NCBI GenBank assembly: GCA_976551045.1
Contig: CDPCPM010000091.1
Location: 2,046,001 to 2,110,000, forward strand
Source of the DNA: Glaucostegus cemiculus
Lineage: Eukaryota
Direction: 5' to 3'
DNA: 64,000 nucleotides
The notes under the pieces are model-generated. The model did not search any database, was not told the origin of the DNA, and saw only the letters and a program-made list of their open reading frames with translations. Positions 1 through 11,690 of this stretch are shown here, piece by piece (positions within the stretch are counted from its first letter, which is position 1; every line of letters starts with the position of its first letter). A program made the translations under genes and the position numbers.

Positions 1-2153
1 GTAACTTTACAGTTATTCTACAATTAAATCATCAATTCTAGGGACAAAGCAATAGTGCAACTTAGGAGTGAATGCTCCTGGTCTTGTTGAGTCCTGAAAC
101 TTGCCACCACATATTAGAAACAATAAACAGTTCAGTCAGTGATTGAACTACATTCTCAATCAGAAATGTTCCATTTTTATTTCATGTTCATTTGCAAATA
201 TTCATTTTGCTGCTTATGCAGATCAAACTGATTTGTCCTCTGCCAAAAATGAATGTTTTGGACAACTCAAAACCCTTTCTTGTTGTGCCTCCTGTCCCTA
301 TACTATAACTTGCTCTTAATCGGAATTTCTTAGTTGTTTCAGTAACAGGTAGGTTCACCAAATCACTTAAGTTAACTGCATAATTCTCTGAAATTAAGTG
401 GCATCTTAAATACAGAAGTCCAATGCAATCATTGGTTTTCTCATACGATTAAAATAACCAAGAGTGCTGCAGGCAAGTAATTCACCATTAAGAATTTGGA
501 ACATATTCCGATTATGAAAAGTAGTTGGGATGGTTATGTAGATGATTTAGTTCACTATCTCAGATGTCCCATTTTAGAGCTCAGCCTAGCTGTTTATATT
601 GTGGATGCTGCATTTTTCCACATTACACCACATGATGTGGCCAAAGGGATAGGTAACACTAAACCAGCAAGCAATGCTATGGGTTGGCTTTTTCAGAAAA
701 GCATACCCTTAGTTTTAAAATTAAAGAATATTTCAGCAACTGATGTCATTGAACCTCATTGGTTATCAGCTGGCTTTCTAACAAACAGCTTCTACTAGAG
801 TAACATAAGTTGACACTCTGAAGCCAATGAATGACAGAATGTAGCCAATAAATCTCTTTCCCCCAACTACAGCCAAGCAACTAAATACTGGGAAACAAAA
901 TAACTCAACGTTTTAAGAATTAGTTTAATTTTTTACTTTTTGTCTTAAAACAATCAATTATTTATTAATCTTGAGTCAGTGTCTCAAATTTAAAAGCTGA
1001 AAGTAATGTGTACAGGCAAAATTAAGTCAACAGGGCTACTGCTTATCAAAAAGCAGGAACCAGATTTCAAGCTGAGACAAGAGTTTAAGCCCTATCCATT
1101 GGTGCACTTCAGACTCTTGTGTCCCTGAAAGGATAACTTTAGGTCACACCACCCAATCTGTACATGGGAAGATACAAGATGTTGCAGAGGGTAATTGTGG
1201 AGAGTAATGATTAACTTGAATTTTGCAATGTGCCAGATAAACAGCACCAAGATCCAAAAGAAAATAAGCAATTGAGAGATCCAAATGTTTATTGAGTGGA
1301 ACTAATCACAATGAATCCCATTTCACATCCCCTCCCCTTGCCTGAGTGTCCAAAGGCCACAAAGGCCCTTGTTTTCACCACCAGTCTAATGAAGTGTTGG
1401 CCGATAACTGCTGTAAATTGTTGCCTACTTTTGAATATCAATGTCTATGACGTAAATGCACAAAACTAAGTGCCTTACATTGCTGCCTATTGGCTCAATG
1501 GAGAGCGCTACACGCCTCCAAGTAGAAGAGCAAACATCTGATTACTACTTTTTCAGTAATTCCATGTTAAAGTGGCCTTTAACCTGTGATGCAAGAATGA
1601 AGATTATTGCTCTCTGAGCTGACTTAGTGTGGCTCAAGTAGCGATAAGTGACTCTGCCCACTGGGCATAATAAATATTAACTGCATTTTGCTGTCTGCAA
1701 GTGCTAAAACATTGTCCCTTGGGCTCCAACATTGATGTAAAGTGTGTAATAATTGCGGCATGCTCTTGACACTTCCATGTTCCCTTGGGGACAATATTTT
1801 ACCACTTACAGTCTTGAAAAGCAGTCAATATTTGTGTACATTATGAATGAACTCCTCTCACAATAATACTGCAGCAAAGGCTCCATTCCAATTGCATTAC
1901 TTGCAGATTCATTCATGGCATGCTATTTAGTTATGGAATGGCATTCAGCTTACTTGTTTATGACAAAATCAATGTAAGTGCCACATGGCAAATGTTTATT
2001 CAGAAGAAGGGCACAATGTTAGAAATGGCAATGTGTCCTCACTGAACAAAAGCAAATGGCCATTTGCTGCAAAACAAAAGAGGCTGTTGATAAAATGGTT
2101 GGACGGTTATTGGCTTAATAAAAACTGATTGCCACCAAACCAAGTGTACCCAC

Positions 2154-2240
2154 CTTGACATGGAAGCATTCACTGTGAGTGCAGTGGGGTAAGGGTGTCG
2201 AAATCCCCCTGTTGTGATTGGGTAAACAGGTTGACCTTGC
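2154..2240 (-). CDS. tcf7l2: TCF7L2 coding exon (exon 8 in the 17-exon numbering), 87 nt: (Q)QGQPVYPITTGGFRHPYPTALTVNASMS
   Basis: Minus strand reads ttcttttcttttcag|GCAAGGTCAA...ATGTCAAG|gtgggt, phase 2-2. The translation matches the vertebrate TCF7L2 peptide (PVYPITTGG; TCF7L1 has PMYSLPPGG). Confidence 0.97.
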
Positions 2241-2841
2241 CTGAAAAGAAAAGAATAAAATAACTGGAAACTTCTGCTGTTGTGAGCTCGCTCTCATTTG
2301 AACCAGAACAAAAAATGTTGTTGATTGCACAGCCAGGATCAAAGGACGTAAATAAAGAACAATTTTAATGTGCTAAATCTGATAGAACCAGCTAATTAAA
2401 TTTTATAACCTCTGCTAATGTCAACAGAGACCTTCTCCCCAAGCTAAAACTAGGTGTTTTGTTGTGATAATTAAAGACGAAGCGGCATTTGCTTTAATGG
2501 AGCCATCACAATAATTGAGGGCTACAGATCCAAAGGAAAACAATAATGAATGTAAATTTATACCAAAATAAAATACATCAAATCAAAGAGCCGCTGTTCT
2601 GCTTTGGGCCTCTTTTGGTATTTAGAACTCAGTAAGAAAACATTAAATTAACAGTCCTTAATTTGTAGCCTTTTGTCATAGTAACCAGTGTTGACAGGCG
2701 TTGCCAAGGGAAAAGCCCAAATAAATATGTGGGTACCCAGTAGCCAATCACAGCTCATTACAATAATTGGACAATACAGTTACATGCAAAATTCTACAAG
2801 AATTAAAGGAATAAAAAGAAAAAAGAAATGGAACTGCTTAC

Positions 2842-2944
2842 TGTGGTACTAACCATCCTAGTGGATGGGGGATTTGGCCGACGGTACCAGGTGAGAGTGG
2901 GTAATAGGGAGAAATGTCTGAAGGATGCGGAGGTCTAGGAATTC
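2842..2944 (-). CDS. tcf7l2: TCF7L2 coding exon (exon 7), 103 nt: [34 protein letters not shown](Q). A short form ends at 2854 and lacks LVPQ.
   Basis: ttttttctag|GAATTCCT...GGATG|GTTAGTACCACA|gtaagc, phase 1-2, compatible with both neighbouring exons. Two donors lie 12 nt apart. Confidence 0.97.
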
Positions 2945-3782
2945 CTAGAAAAAAAGCAAAAAGCAACAAAGTTTATTCTCAAAAGTGAAGGGTACAAAAA
3001 GTTCATAACATGGTTATATTTGGATATGCCATTGCCCATTTAACTTCCTGTTTCCAATAATGCCAACTGTTAAAATGATTGCAAGCCAAACCTGTAATGG
3101 CCTGGGTCATGCACATTATTTGCTATAGCTCAACATCTAAAAAAAATTATTGCAACTTTTCCTAAATCTTAAACTCAAAGACTATTTATATCTGTGCCTT
3201 AGTAACACAACATTCAAATAGAATACAAGATGCAATTAGTTACATCATTTCTATACACATTTGATACAGTTTTAGGAATCACCAGGCCTTTCAATATTGT
3301 GGGTGTGCTCTCACAAGTCTGAATTAAGTGTTTTCCCACAAAACACTGTAGTTTCATTTAATCCTTTCCATAGCATTTAGCTTTTGAAATTAAGTATGCA
3401 GGAATTCATTTAGTATTTCTGTGAATTATCTTAAAAATGTGTGTGCTTTTAATACCTCCTGTAACACAATTATAGACACACTAGCCCCATTTCTTAAATC
3501 TGATTCACTTCATGGATTCTCTAAAGAGGGGGCTCATCAGCTCCAGCCCATCACATGGGATCTCTGCTGAGCTGGCTACAACCTGGCCTAGGAATTGGAT
3601 GTCACGCCTTTTTGTTGCGCTAAAAGGTGCTCAATTTGCCCTAACACCAAATGGGTCTACAAAAAACAAAAGTTGCTAAATTGGGACATTGCACTTTAAC
3701 AAATTGCTTTCATGGTCTTCTCCCATTAGACACCAAATCACACACTCACTGATAGAAGCCATGTCAACTCCCACTCACAGAG

Positions 3783-3867
3783 AAGGGGGTAAACTCATGG
3801 AGCAGGGGAAGGGGGTAAACTCATGGAGCAGGGGAAGGGGGTAAACTCATGGAGCAGGGGAAGGGGG
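3783..3867 (+). repeat. Minisatellite: 3 perfect copies plus a partial copy of the 26-nt unit AAGGGGGTAAACTCATGGAGCAGGGG
   Basis: Read directly: units at 3783-3808, 3809-3834 and 3835-3860. Confidence 0.95.
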
Positions 3868-4279
3868 AGGGGAGTTGTCGAGAGGTAAAGCAGAGCAGCT
3901 TTGCACAGTACCCATCCCCATGCTGCACTGTGGAGTAGCAGAGTCAGAATTAAATCAGTGTCCCACCAAGGACCCTTTGGTATAGTTCCTGACCATGTGC
4001 TTGGTTTACATTACATGAACAACGAAGGTCATGGATTGTGATTAATCCATTTTCTGTTAGGGAGTCTGAAATAAGTGTTGTATACTTTGAAGGCATCATT
4101 GTACATATGATATATGATGGGGAAATTACACTAGCAGAGGGTGAATTTCCTAGTCCGATTTTCCAAAGGGCAGGACATCTGCTGGAAATAAGCACAAATA
4201 CAAAATAATTAAAAGAACAACCATTTTATTCCTAATAGACTCTCTTGGCTCCCATTTTTGTTGATTATCAGTAACATTT

Positions 4280-5165
4280 AAAAAGAGCCTTAGTTTCAAA
4301 ATGTGTAGTCCACAACTATCCTCAAATCACCAGGATCTTTACTTGCTTTTCATAGCCTGCACTAATACAGGATTCTTTTTCCTTCCTACCCAAGTCACCT
4401 CAAGTCTCACAGCCCTACAAACATCTTATCTTGTTGGTAGTAGACCCTGTGAGTCTTCTCTACCCGCAACACAAATGACAATCCTTCTCCATGATTCAGA
4501 CAACCTGGTCCCCTTTCCCAGTGATCTTGGCCCCTACTTTGAGGAAAAACAACTTTTCATTAGACCATATAACACCTTTAATTTAAAAACTTCTGCCCAC
4601 CATCAGTGCATTTCTCATGCTCTTGTTTAATGTGCGATGCATACATAAAAATGTCACATGGTTAGGTGCAAAACATCCTAACTTTGCTGACGACATCTGC
4701 CCTGGAGCCAGAGAGGAACCACTGTCAAAGTGACTTCACAAATTTGGAATCAGTACATTTTAAAAAGTCCCTCAACAAAACATCAAGGAACAGCATCTCA
4801 TCTTACAACTGGGCACGTTCCAGCTTTCAACTCTCAAAACCAAATTCAATCAACTCAGATAGTGATTCTACAAATTCCCAATTATGTACCCTCTTGATCC
4901 ACCTTTTGCTTTTGTATTCTTCTCCTTTTCATCTTCCATTGTCTCAAACCATCAATTCAATTTTAATCTCTCTTTTCTTTATCTCCACTCCCACCTTTCT
5001 TTGTGCACTTATCTCCATCTCTTCTCCCCCCCCCCCCCCCCCCATTCTGATGAAAGGTCATCAATTTGAAGTGTTATTGTAGTTCCTCCTGCCACAATCC
5101 TGCCCAACATGCTGTGCAGTTCCATCACTTTCAGTTTTAATTTCAGATTCCTAACTAGCAGTATT
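4280..5165 (+). mobile_element. Highly decayed Penelope-like element ending in a pseudo-LTR with CTGATGA
   Basis: Same layout as the 49.7-50.4 kb copy: coding remnant, pyrimidine tract, then ctgatgaaaggtca...ttcagattcc...agcagta. Confidence 0.5.
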
Positions 5166-5209
5166 TTGGGGTTTTTTTTTTAAAGAAAAACCAACTTTTA
5201 CATGGAATT

Positions 5210-5350
5210 TTTCAGAATTACTGGAAGCAGTCAGCAGATCAGGCAGCATCAGTGAAAGAGAAACAGAGTTAACATTTCAGGTCAGAGACCCTGTTGGGTG
5301 TTTCCAGCGTTTACCATTTTTATTTCAGATTTCTAGCATCTGCAATATTT
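5210..5350. repeat. Penelope pseudo-LTR-derived short repeat, inverted pair
   Basis: cagcagatcaggcagcatc...gttaacatttcaggtcagagaccc (minus), followed by ttatttcagatttctagcatctgca (plus). Confidence 0.65.
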
Positions 5351-6829
5351 TTGATTAATATATACATGGTTGCCTTCCAATAATTTCCCCATGTGAATTA
5401 ACTGGGCAAACAAAGAGGCACCAGACTAAATGCCTCACTGTAACAGCCAGACGTTACAACTAAGTTACCAACAATAGCTATCCTGCAGGATGTCTCATGC
5501 CTGAACTGTGTAGAACTTTGAACACTTGCAAAACATCAGTGAATGTGCTACACAGCTCACAATAAAGTACAGAAACTTGGTCAACAAAATCTGGGACCCA
5601 GAAGTCAGGCAAGAAAATTACAACTACAGGTTAATTAGAAAATAGTATTATGCCAAATATTATACCATGAAGTGTATTCCTAGTTAATTTTTGCTACTTT
5701 TTTCCAAACTTTCTCAATTGAGAAAATAAATTTTCTCAAGTTACAAAATTACTTTGTCAAAGTTCTTGAAACCTGTTGTATAATGAGGGTCTAAAACACC
5801 TCACTGCAGTTCTACTCCAGATCTGCTACTGATTTCACTTATTGTGTCCCTTACACTATCAATTTTTTTAATCTCATGTACTGTATACTATTAAGACTAC
5901 ATTGTATACTAAGAAGCTATCTGATTCACACATTGTGCGCTATGAAGCTATTTATGCCCCCCAATAAATCCCAGTGCATAAGAAAGGTTCAACAAGTGAC
6001 AATAAACCACATTTCCCCACAAACAATTCAACATCCTTCTCTTGTGTGGCATTATTAAACAGCACAATTTGTAACACAGTGATGTTCACCTGGGCGCAGC
6101 CAGGGCAGTCAAGGCCACATGAGGCCAGAATAAATGTTCGAAATTCAATTTGACAGCCCCTGTGCAGTGTTAATTATTGATATGAAAACGGTTAGGGCAC
6201 TTATTTATCATGCAGGCAGAAAATGGCTTAATTAGTTGCAAAAAATGATGGTTTCCTTCTCTAGAGTTTTCATTTAAGGCCACAATATACATTTTATAAT
6301 GCCTCCACAGTAGCTGTCTTATGTGTCATTAAATTTAAGATTACCATCTCTCTTTCTGAAACCCAGCCTGGAGTTGATTTCGAAAAAAAGCGGAAAGAGA
6401 TGAGAAAAGCAGCATGTCTGTGAAAGGAAAGTGCACGTAGGCAAGGTTAGGATAAAAGAGCTAGCAAGCGAGAAAACATATGGAGTGAGCTGCATCATAA
6501 ACTCAAGCAGGAAGGTTTTAACTAGATTAAAGCAGCTTCCTCCACGGCCCTGGGGAGTAGTTGACGCTTGCTGTGGTACTGAGTCACAGGCAATCAAGTT
6601 GAAACTTCCAGCCTAGCCTTTCTTTGAGGGGAACAATGGACACATGCTACAAGTTGTCCTCAAAGTCCCACCGTGGGGTTGTGCTAATCAGCCAGCGGCT
6701 ACCAATCAACAATCCCTGCTGGCAAGTAAATATTAATAATAGGGGAGAATAGGATCAGTCTCAACAGTGTAGTTAGGAATGATCTCCTGGACAAGAACAG
6801 GTTGAAGCAGTCATTGGCCATGTAACACT

Positions 6830-7180
6830 CTGGGCTTAATGGCAGTCAGCACTCTCACCTCCAAATCAAAAGCTGTGGATAGAGATCCTATCCATTTGTG
6901 CATATGATTCAACTTTTAATGCAGCACTGATGGATTGTTACACTTCTGGAGGTGCCATGTTCAGATGAAACAAAACCATCATCCCTTCTAAGCTGATACG
7001 ACTCGCAAAGCAGGAGAAAGTTCCCTAATACCCCAGCCAACAACAGAAACAGGGTACTGATTATTATTCCAACTTACTTGTACTATCCTATATTTATAAT
7101 AATAACTATATTACATAAATTACTTCACTGTCTGTAAAGAGTTTGAGCAAGGCACTAAATAAATTGCATTCTTTTCCTCA
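6830..7180 (+). mobile_element. Old Deu-domain SINE (SacSINE1/AmnSINE1-like) remnant
   Basis: gcactctcacctcc...tgcagcactgatgg...ggaggtgccatgttcagatgaaac resembles the Deu core as I recall it. It ends in an L2-like tail. Confidence 0.5.
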
Positions 7181-7559
7181 AACATGTCAATCTCAGTTTT
7201 CCACTCCATTTTATTTAAAGAATGTTTCAAACTGATCTGCCACAGTTGGTACTGGACACTGACCTTTGGCTTTAAACGTTAACACAGCGATTTATCTACA
7301 ATTGTTAACTATTGTAATTGAAGGCCATTGCAATCAAACACAGTATGACATGGTACCTAAAATGCTCCACAATAATCTGGAGCACTGTCAAGTGAAGAAT
7401 ACAGGGGAGTTATTCCATGGCATCTTCTGGAAAATGATTCAAACAAAACTAGTAATGACCTTTCTACTCTCATCAATGAAATAGAACTCAGCAATACACT
7501 GCCACCGATTGGATCGGAGGTCTACTTAATACATAATGAACAGCCTGCACAAGCCCAAA

Positions 7560-7850
7560 TAGATGAGATCTTTTAGTCATACGTACATCAAAACACACAG
7601 TGAAATACATATTTTGCATAGTGATTTTGGGGGGGCAGCTCACAAGTGTCACCACGCTTCCAGAGCCAACATAGCATGCCCATAACTTCCTAACCCGTAC
7701 ATCTTTGGAATGTGAGAGGAAACCAGAGCACCTGGAGGAAACCCACACAGACACGCAAAGAACATACAAACTCCTTAGAGACAGTGGCTGGATTTGAACC
7801 CTAGTCGCTACCGCTGTAAAGTATTGTGCTAACCACTATACTACCATGCT
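7560..7850 (-). mobile_element. Full-length tRNA-derived V-SINE
   Basis: Minus strand has box A TAGTATAGTGG, box B GGTTCAAATCC and the V-domain GGGTTTCCTCCAGGTGCTCTGGTTTCCTC. Closely similar to 57311-57525. Confidence 0.85.
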
Positions 7851-9029
7851 GTCGTGTGTGTCAATCTGTATGCTCTGCTTAACTGCCTGTGACCGGTACA
7901 AAATATGATATCCTTTCAGCTTCAGGATATTCAACAGCACTGAGAGTGCAAGTATTTGTTGTAGCATAGTACAAACTTAGTACCTACTACAAAGAAGCTG
8001 ACTTGATCTCATGCAATTGTGGACTGCCTTAAAACTTCACCTGTGCAATGAATCTGCCCCACACCACACCCCTCCCCCATCCTGATATTCCTACAGAAAT
8101 CCCAAAATAAATAAAAATCCATTGGAGAACTTGTCTCATAATAATACAAGAGTCTGACCAGCTGCCAGCCACTCAGTCTCTCCCAGGCTGCTGATGTGGT
8201 ATTGTGCTGTTGAGGGAAAAGGCCTGCATGTTAATTGGCAATGAACTCATGTCAAATTAAGTTCTTAAAAATGAAGGTACGTAAAAAATAAGAGATGATC
8301 GATTCTGATATACACATGAATCTTCACATGAAGTGATGTCACATTTGACTGTGTGGGATAAACACTTGGAGCAAGATCAAATGACCAAGGCACTTGAAAA
8401 GGCAGTTTAACCTCACTTTTATTGGGTTTCTTGCATCCAATTGGAGCACGAAGCAGAAGTTAAACTGGCACCAAGGAACAACAAGCATGCAAAATGCCAA
8501 TGTCACATTACCAGAGGAGACTCACACAAATATGAACAGTGTTGTAGTATAGGTCAGGAAGCAATGCCAAATGGATACTGGCAACACAGATATTTTACAT
8601 ATTAAAAAGGAACCAACTGTCACATTTTTATTTCTTTCTCTCTTTTCCTTTTGCTTCCCCCATATTAACCATGGGGAAGGAACGGGACTAATCTGTATCC
8701 ACCTTGAGCTAACCTGGTGACCACAAACACAAGTTTTACAAATTACTCACAAATGACCTGCTTTAGGTTTGCCAGTTCTTTCCCTTTGCTACCGTTTGTT
8801 CGATAAGATTTTTTTTATCCTTACCAATAAAAGCCTGCTAATGCTTACCCCTTTGATATGCATTTCCCCAACACCTTTCCCTATCACTCATCTCTTTTGA
8901 TTATGTTTGTCAGTTGAATACAAATTATCTCCAATAAAAAGCAAATGTTATAAACCATCTATCCACTCCTCTCCTTGGCAACTGTCTGAAACTGAGCCAA
9001 TTTAATAGCAAATGAAAATTTGGAAAAAA

Positions 9030-9145
9030 ACTGGGGATATTGGAAATCTGAAATAAAACCAGAAAATGCTAGAAAGTCTCAGCAGGTCAGGCAGTATCTG
9101 TAGAAAGAGAAACAACATTAAGGCTTCAAATCCAAGGCCCTGATT
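9030..9145 (-). repeat. Penelope pseudo-LTR-derived short repeat
   Basis: ggaaatctgaaataaaaccagaaaatgctagaaagtctcagcaggtcaggcagtatctg, the same family as at 5.2, 42.4 and 50.7 kb. Confidence 0.7.
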
Positions 9146-9159
9146 GTTATAAGCTTTCC

Positions 9160-10250
9160 TATGTCCTATATCCACCTTCAGCCTTGTCTCAAGTTAACTG
9201 TCATTGAAACCCCCACCATACTTTTGTTGACTGTCACAGTATATGCCATTGTTCTACTCTCTTAACTCAACACCATTCAAAACTCTGCTGCCTGTGTTCC
9301 AACTTGCTGCATGTCCCACTCACCCATCATCACCATACACTCCGATCTACAGTGGCATCCAGCTGAGAATGCAAGAATAAGCCATAAGGCCAGTTAAATT
9401 GGCTTCACTGTTGAATAAGATTATACATAATCCTCTTCTTCAAATCAATGCTGCTGATCATCCTCAAACTTGATTCCATCTGTCTGATCTCAGCTTTAAA
9501 TTCATTATACTTTTTTGCTTTCAGGTTGTTTTTTTCCATATTCTTTCAGCAGGGATTCCATTATAATTCTCATCACCAATGTTGAGCCAACTGGTCTACG
9601 GAAGTCCTCCATCTCCTTTCTTAAATACAGGTATGTAGTAAATTATCTCTACCAGTCCTTTGACATTCCACATTTTTCTAATAGATTACTAAATGAGTGT
9701 ACAGGTAAACCCTGCATCATGGCTGTTCAAGGAATAGAAATCTGTCTTACAGAATTTAGAAATCAGTACCCAAAAATTTGAGATAAAATTCACTTTCACA
9801 GAATTTATGTGGAAAACATAAACAATTTTTTCCCCCAATTCATTTCTTGACTCATGCACGGTTGTTATGGCTTTTGATATGGCTTCACATTACGGAATTT
9901 TTAACATCCTTATCCTTGTTTGTAAATCTCACCGCGTCTGCATCCCTACCCATCCCTTTTGCCATAATCTTCTCCACCTCAAGCACCTTCCAAGGTATCT
10001 GTAATCTTCAATTACCAGGTCTTGAACAGCTGCAAATTTAACTGCTCTCCACCTGCTTCCATGGTCCTATACTCTAGAATTTCTTCCTATGAAGCTCTCA
10101 GTTTCCAGTCCTCTCTCCTCCTCTCAAAACCCACCTCTATGATTATGTTTTTGTCACCTTCCCTAATAATTCAGTCAAATGTTATTTGATAAAACTGTAA
10201 GATGCCTTTGGATATTTTTCTGGGTTATCAAAAAGACATAAATATCGATA
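9160..10250 (+). mobile_element. Decayed L2-like LINE 3' fragments, interrupted by other repeats
   Basis: caaaactctgctgcc...cacccatcatc...tacagtggc and ctcctctcaaaacccacctct...ctgtaagatgccttt resemble L2 3' ends. Confidence 0.4.
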
Positions 10251-10799
10251 GTTACAGTCCAATCAGACTTCGCCTGCAAGGATGCCCAACTGAAGGGCAT
10301 AGAAAGCAGCACATTTGAACACCTATTTTGCATGTCATGGTCATTTTCAATTCCCAAAAGATTATAGACCTGGGTAGTAGAAAATAAGCAATTACTTGTG
10401 CAGCAATGACCAAAAGTTTGATATTGGAAGCTAAAACTAAACTACAATTCTCACATTTTAAAATGTGCCCTCATTGTTTATTTGCATTAACTGAAATATT
10501 TCCAGTACAATGTATTAGCTACTTCTGGCTTCTTTGTGCTTATGATTAAATCTCCTCCACGAGACTTTCAGCTCCCTCAGGAATCAGCCAAGTAGATGGA
10601 CAGTGCACGAGAGGTTTTTCCATTTGGGCTTTCAATAGCTTCCTGTCCAACTGCTTGGAGTGCCCGGAGCCCAAAGCTGATCAACTGATTAACAAACAGT
10701 TGCTTGATCAAAAGCTGTATCATTGCTAGCAGGATATAGACCATGCACCCAGCTGAATTCTCGTGCACTGACGACATAAGATTGGAGGATAACAGGTAT

Positions 10800-11690
10800 A
10801 GTCACACAGTGGTTGTAACAGATTCCACCAACTCCTAAGGCAGCACATTCCAGAAATCAACGAGACTCTGCATGATGAAGCTTTCCCCTTTAAACCACCT
10901 TTCTCTGAACTTAATCCAATGCTCTTGTGTTTGATACCTCTACCATTGGCAAAAAAGTTCTATCTGCCCTATCTATGCCTCTTATAATTTTATAATAGCT
11001 TTTTCAGGTTGGCCCTCAACCTCCTACTCCAGGGAAAACAAGCCCAGCTATCCAATCTCTCCCCATAATTGAAGTTTTTCACCCAGAGAGTGGTTGGTGC
11101 ATGGAATGCATTGCCTGGGGTGGTAGTGGAGGCAGATACGTTGGACAGGTTTAAGAGATTGTTAGATAAGCACATGGAAGAATGTGGAATAGTAGGATAT
11201 GAGGGTGGAAAGTGTTAGTTTGGGAGTTGTTTGTAGGATGGCACAGCTTGATGGGCCGAAGGGCCTGTTCTGTGCTGTATTGTATTGTCCTATTGTTCTA
11301 TTGTATTATTGTTCTCCAATCCACGTGACATCCTAGTGAGGCTCCTCCGGACTCTCTCCGACACAACCACATCCATCCTATAGTATGCTGACCAGATCTG
11401 TACACAATATCCCCTGTCCAATCTAACCAGAGTTTTGTAAAGTTGCAACATAATGCCTCAACTTTTATGTTCTATGCCCTCACCCTTCTTCACCACCCTA
11501 ACTATATTGCCACTTTCAGGGAACTCTGGACTTGAACTGCGAAGTCCTTCTATTCATCAATATCCCTTGGTGTCTTACCATTTTGTGCACGTCCTACCCC
11601 TATAAGACTTCCCAAAATGCAATATCTCATACTTGTTGGGATTCAATTCCATCTGCTAATGCTCTGCTCAATTTTCCATCTGTTAAAAGA
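10800..11690 (-). mobile_element. CR1/HER1-like LINE 3' fragment on the minus strand, host of a nested insertion
   Basis: ccctatctatgcctcttataatttt...ccagggaaaacaagcccagc...gttgcaacat is the reverse of a CR1 ORF2 C-terminus (ERLDSWACFPWSRRLR-like). Confidence 0.75.
11074..11292 (+). mobile_element. Younger 5'-truncated CR1 3' end nested in the element above
   Basis: ttcacccagagagtggttggtgcatggaatgcattgcc...gggccgaagggcctgttctgtgctgt, followed by a (tattg)n-like tail. Confidence 0.85.

Noticed and set aside
1-2150. Next tcf7l2 exon (SFLSS/RFPPHMV) and the 100-aa ORF at 496-798
   Set aside because: No matching exon was found, so it must lie beyond the left edge. The ORF starts at TTG, has no recognisable homology and is antisense within an intron.
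3783-3867. CRISPR-like repeat
   Set aside because: Head-to-tail units without spacers, in eukaryotic DNA.
7780-7850. tRNA-like A/B boxes
   Set aside because: This is the head of a SINE, continuous with the V-domain, not a tRNA gene.
9700-9900. TACAGGTAAACCC Tigger-like transposon end
   Set aside because: No matching opposite terminal repeat found; too decayed to call.
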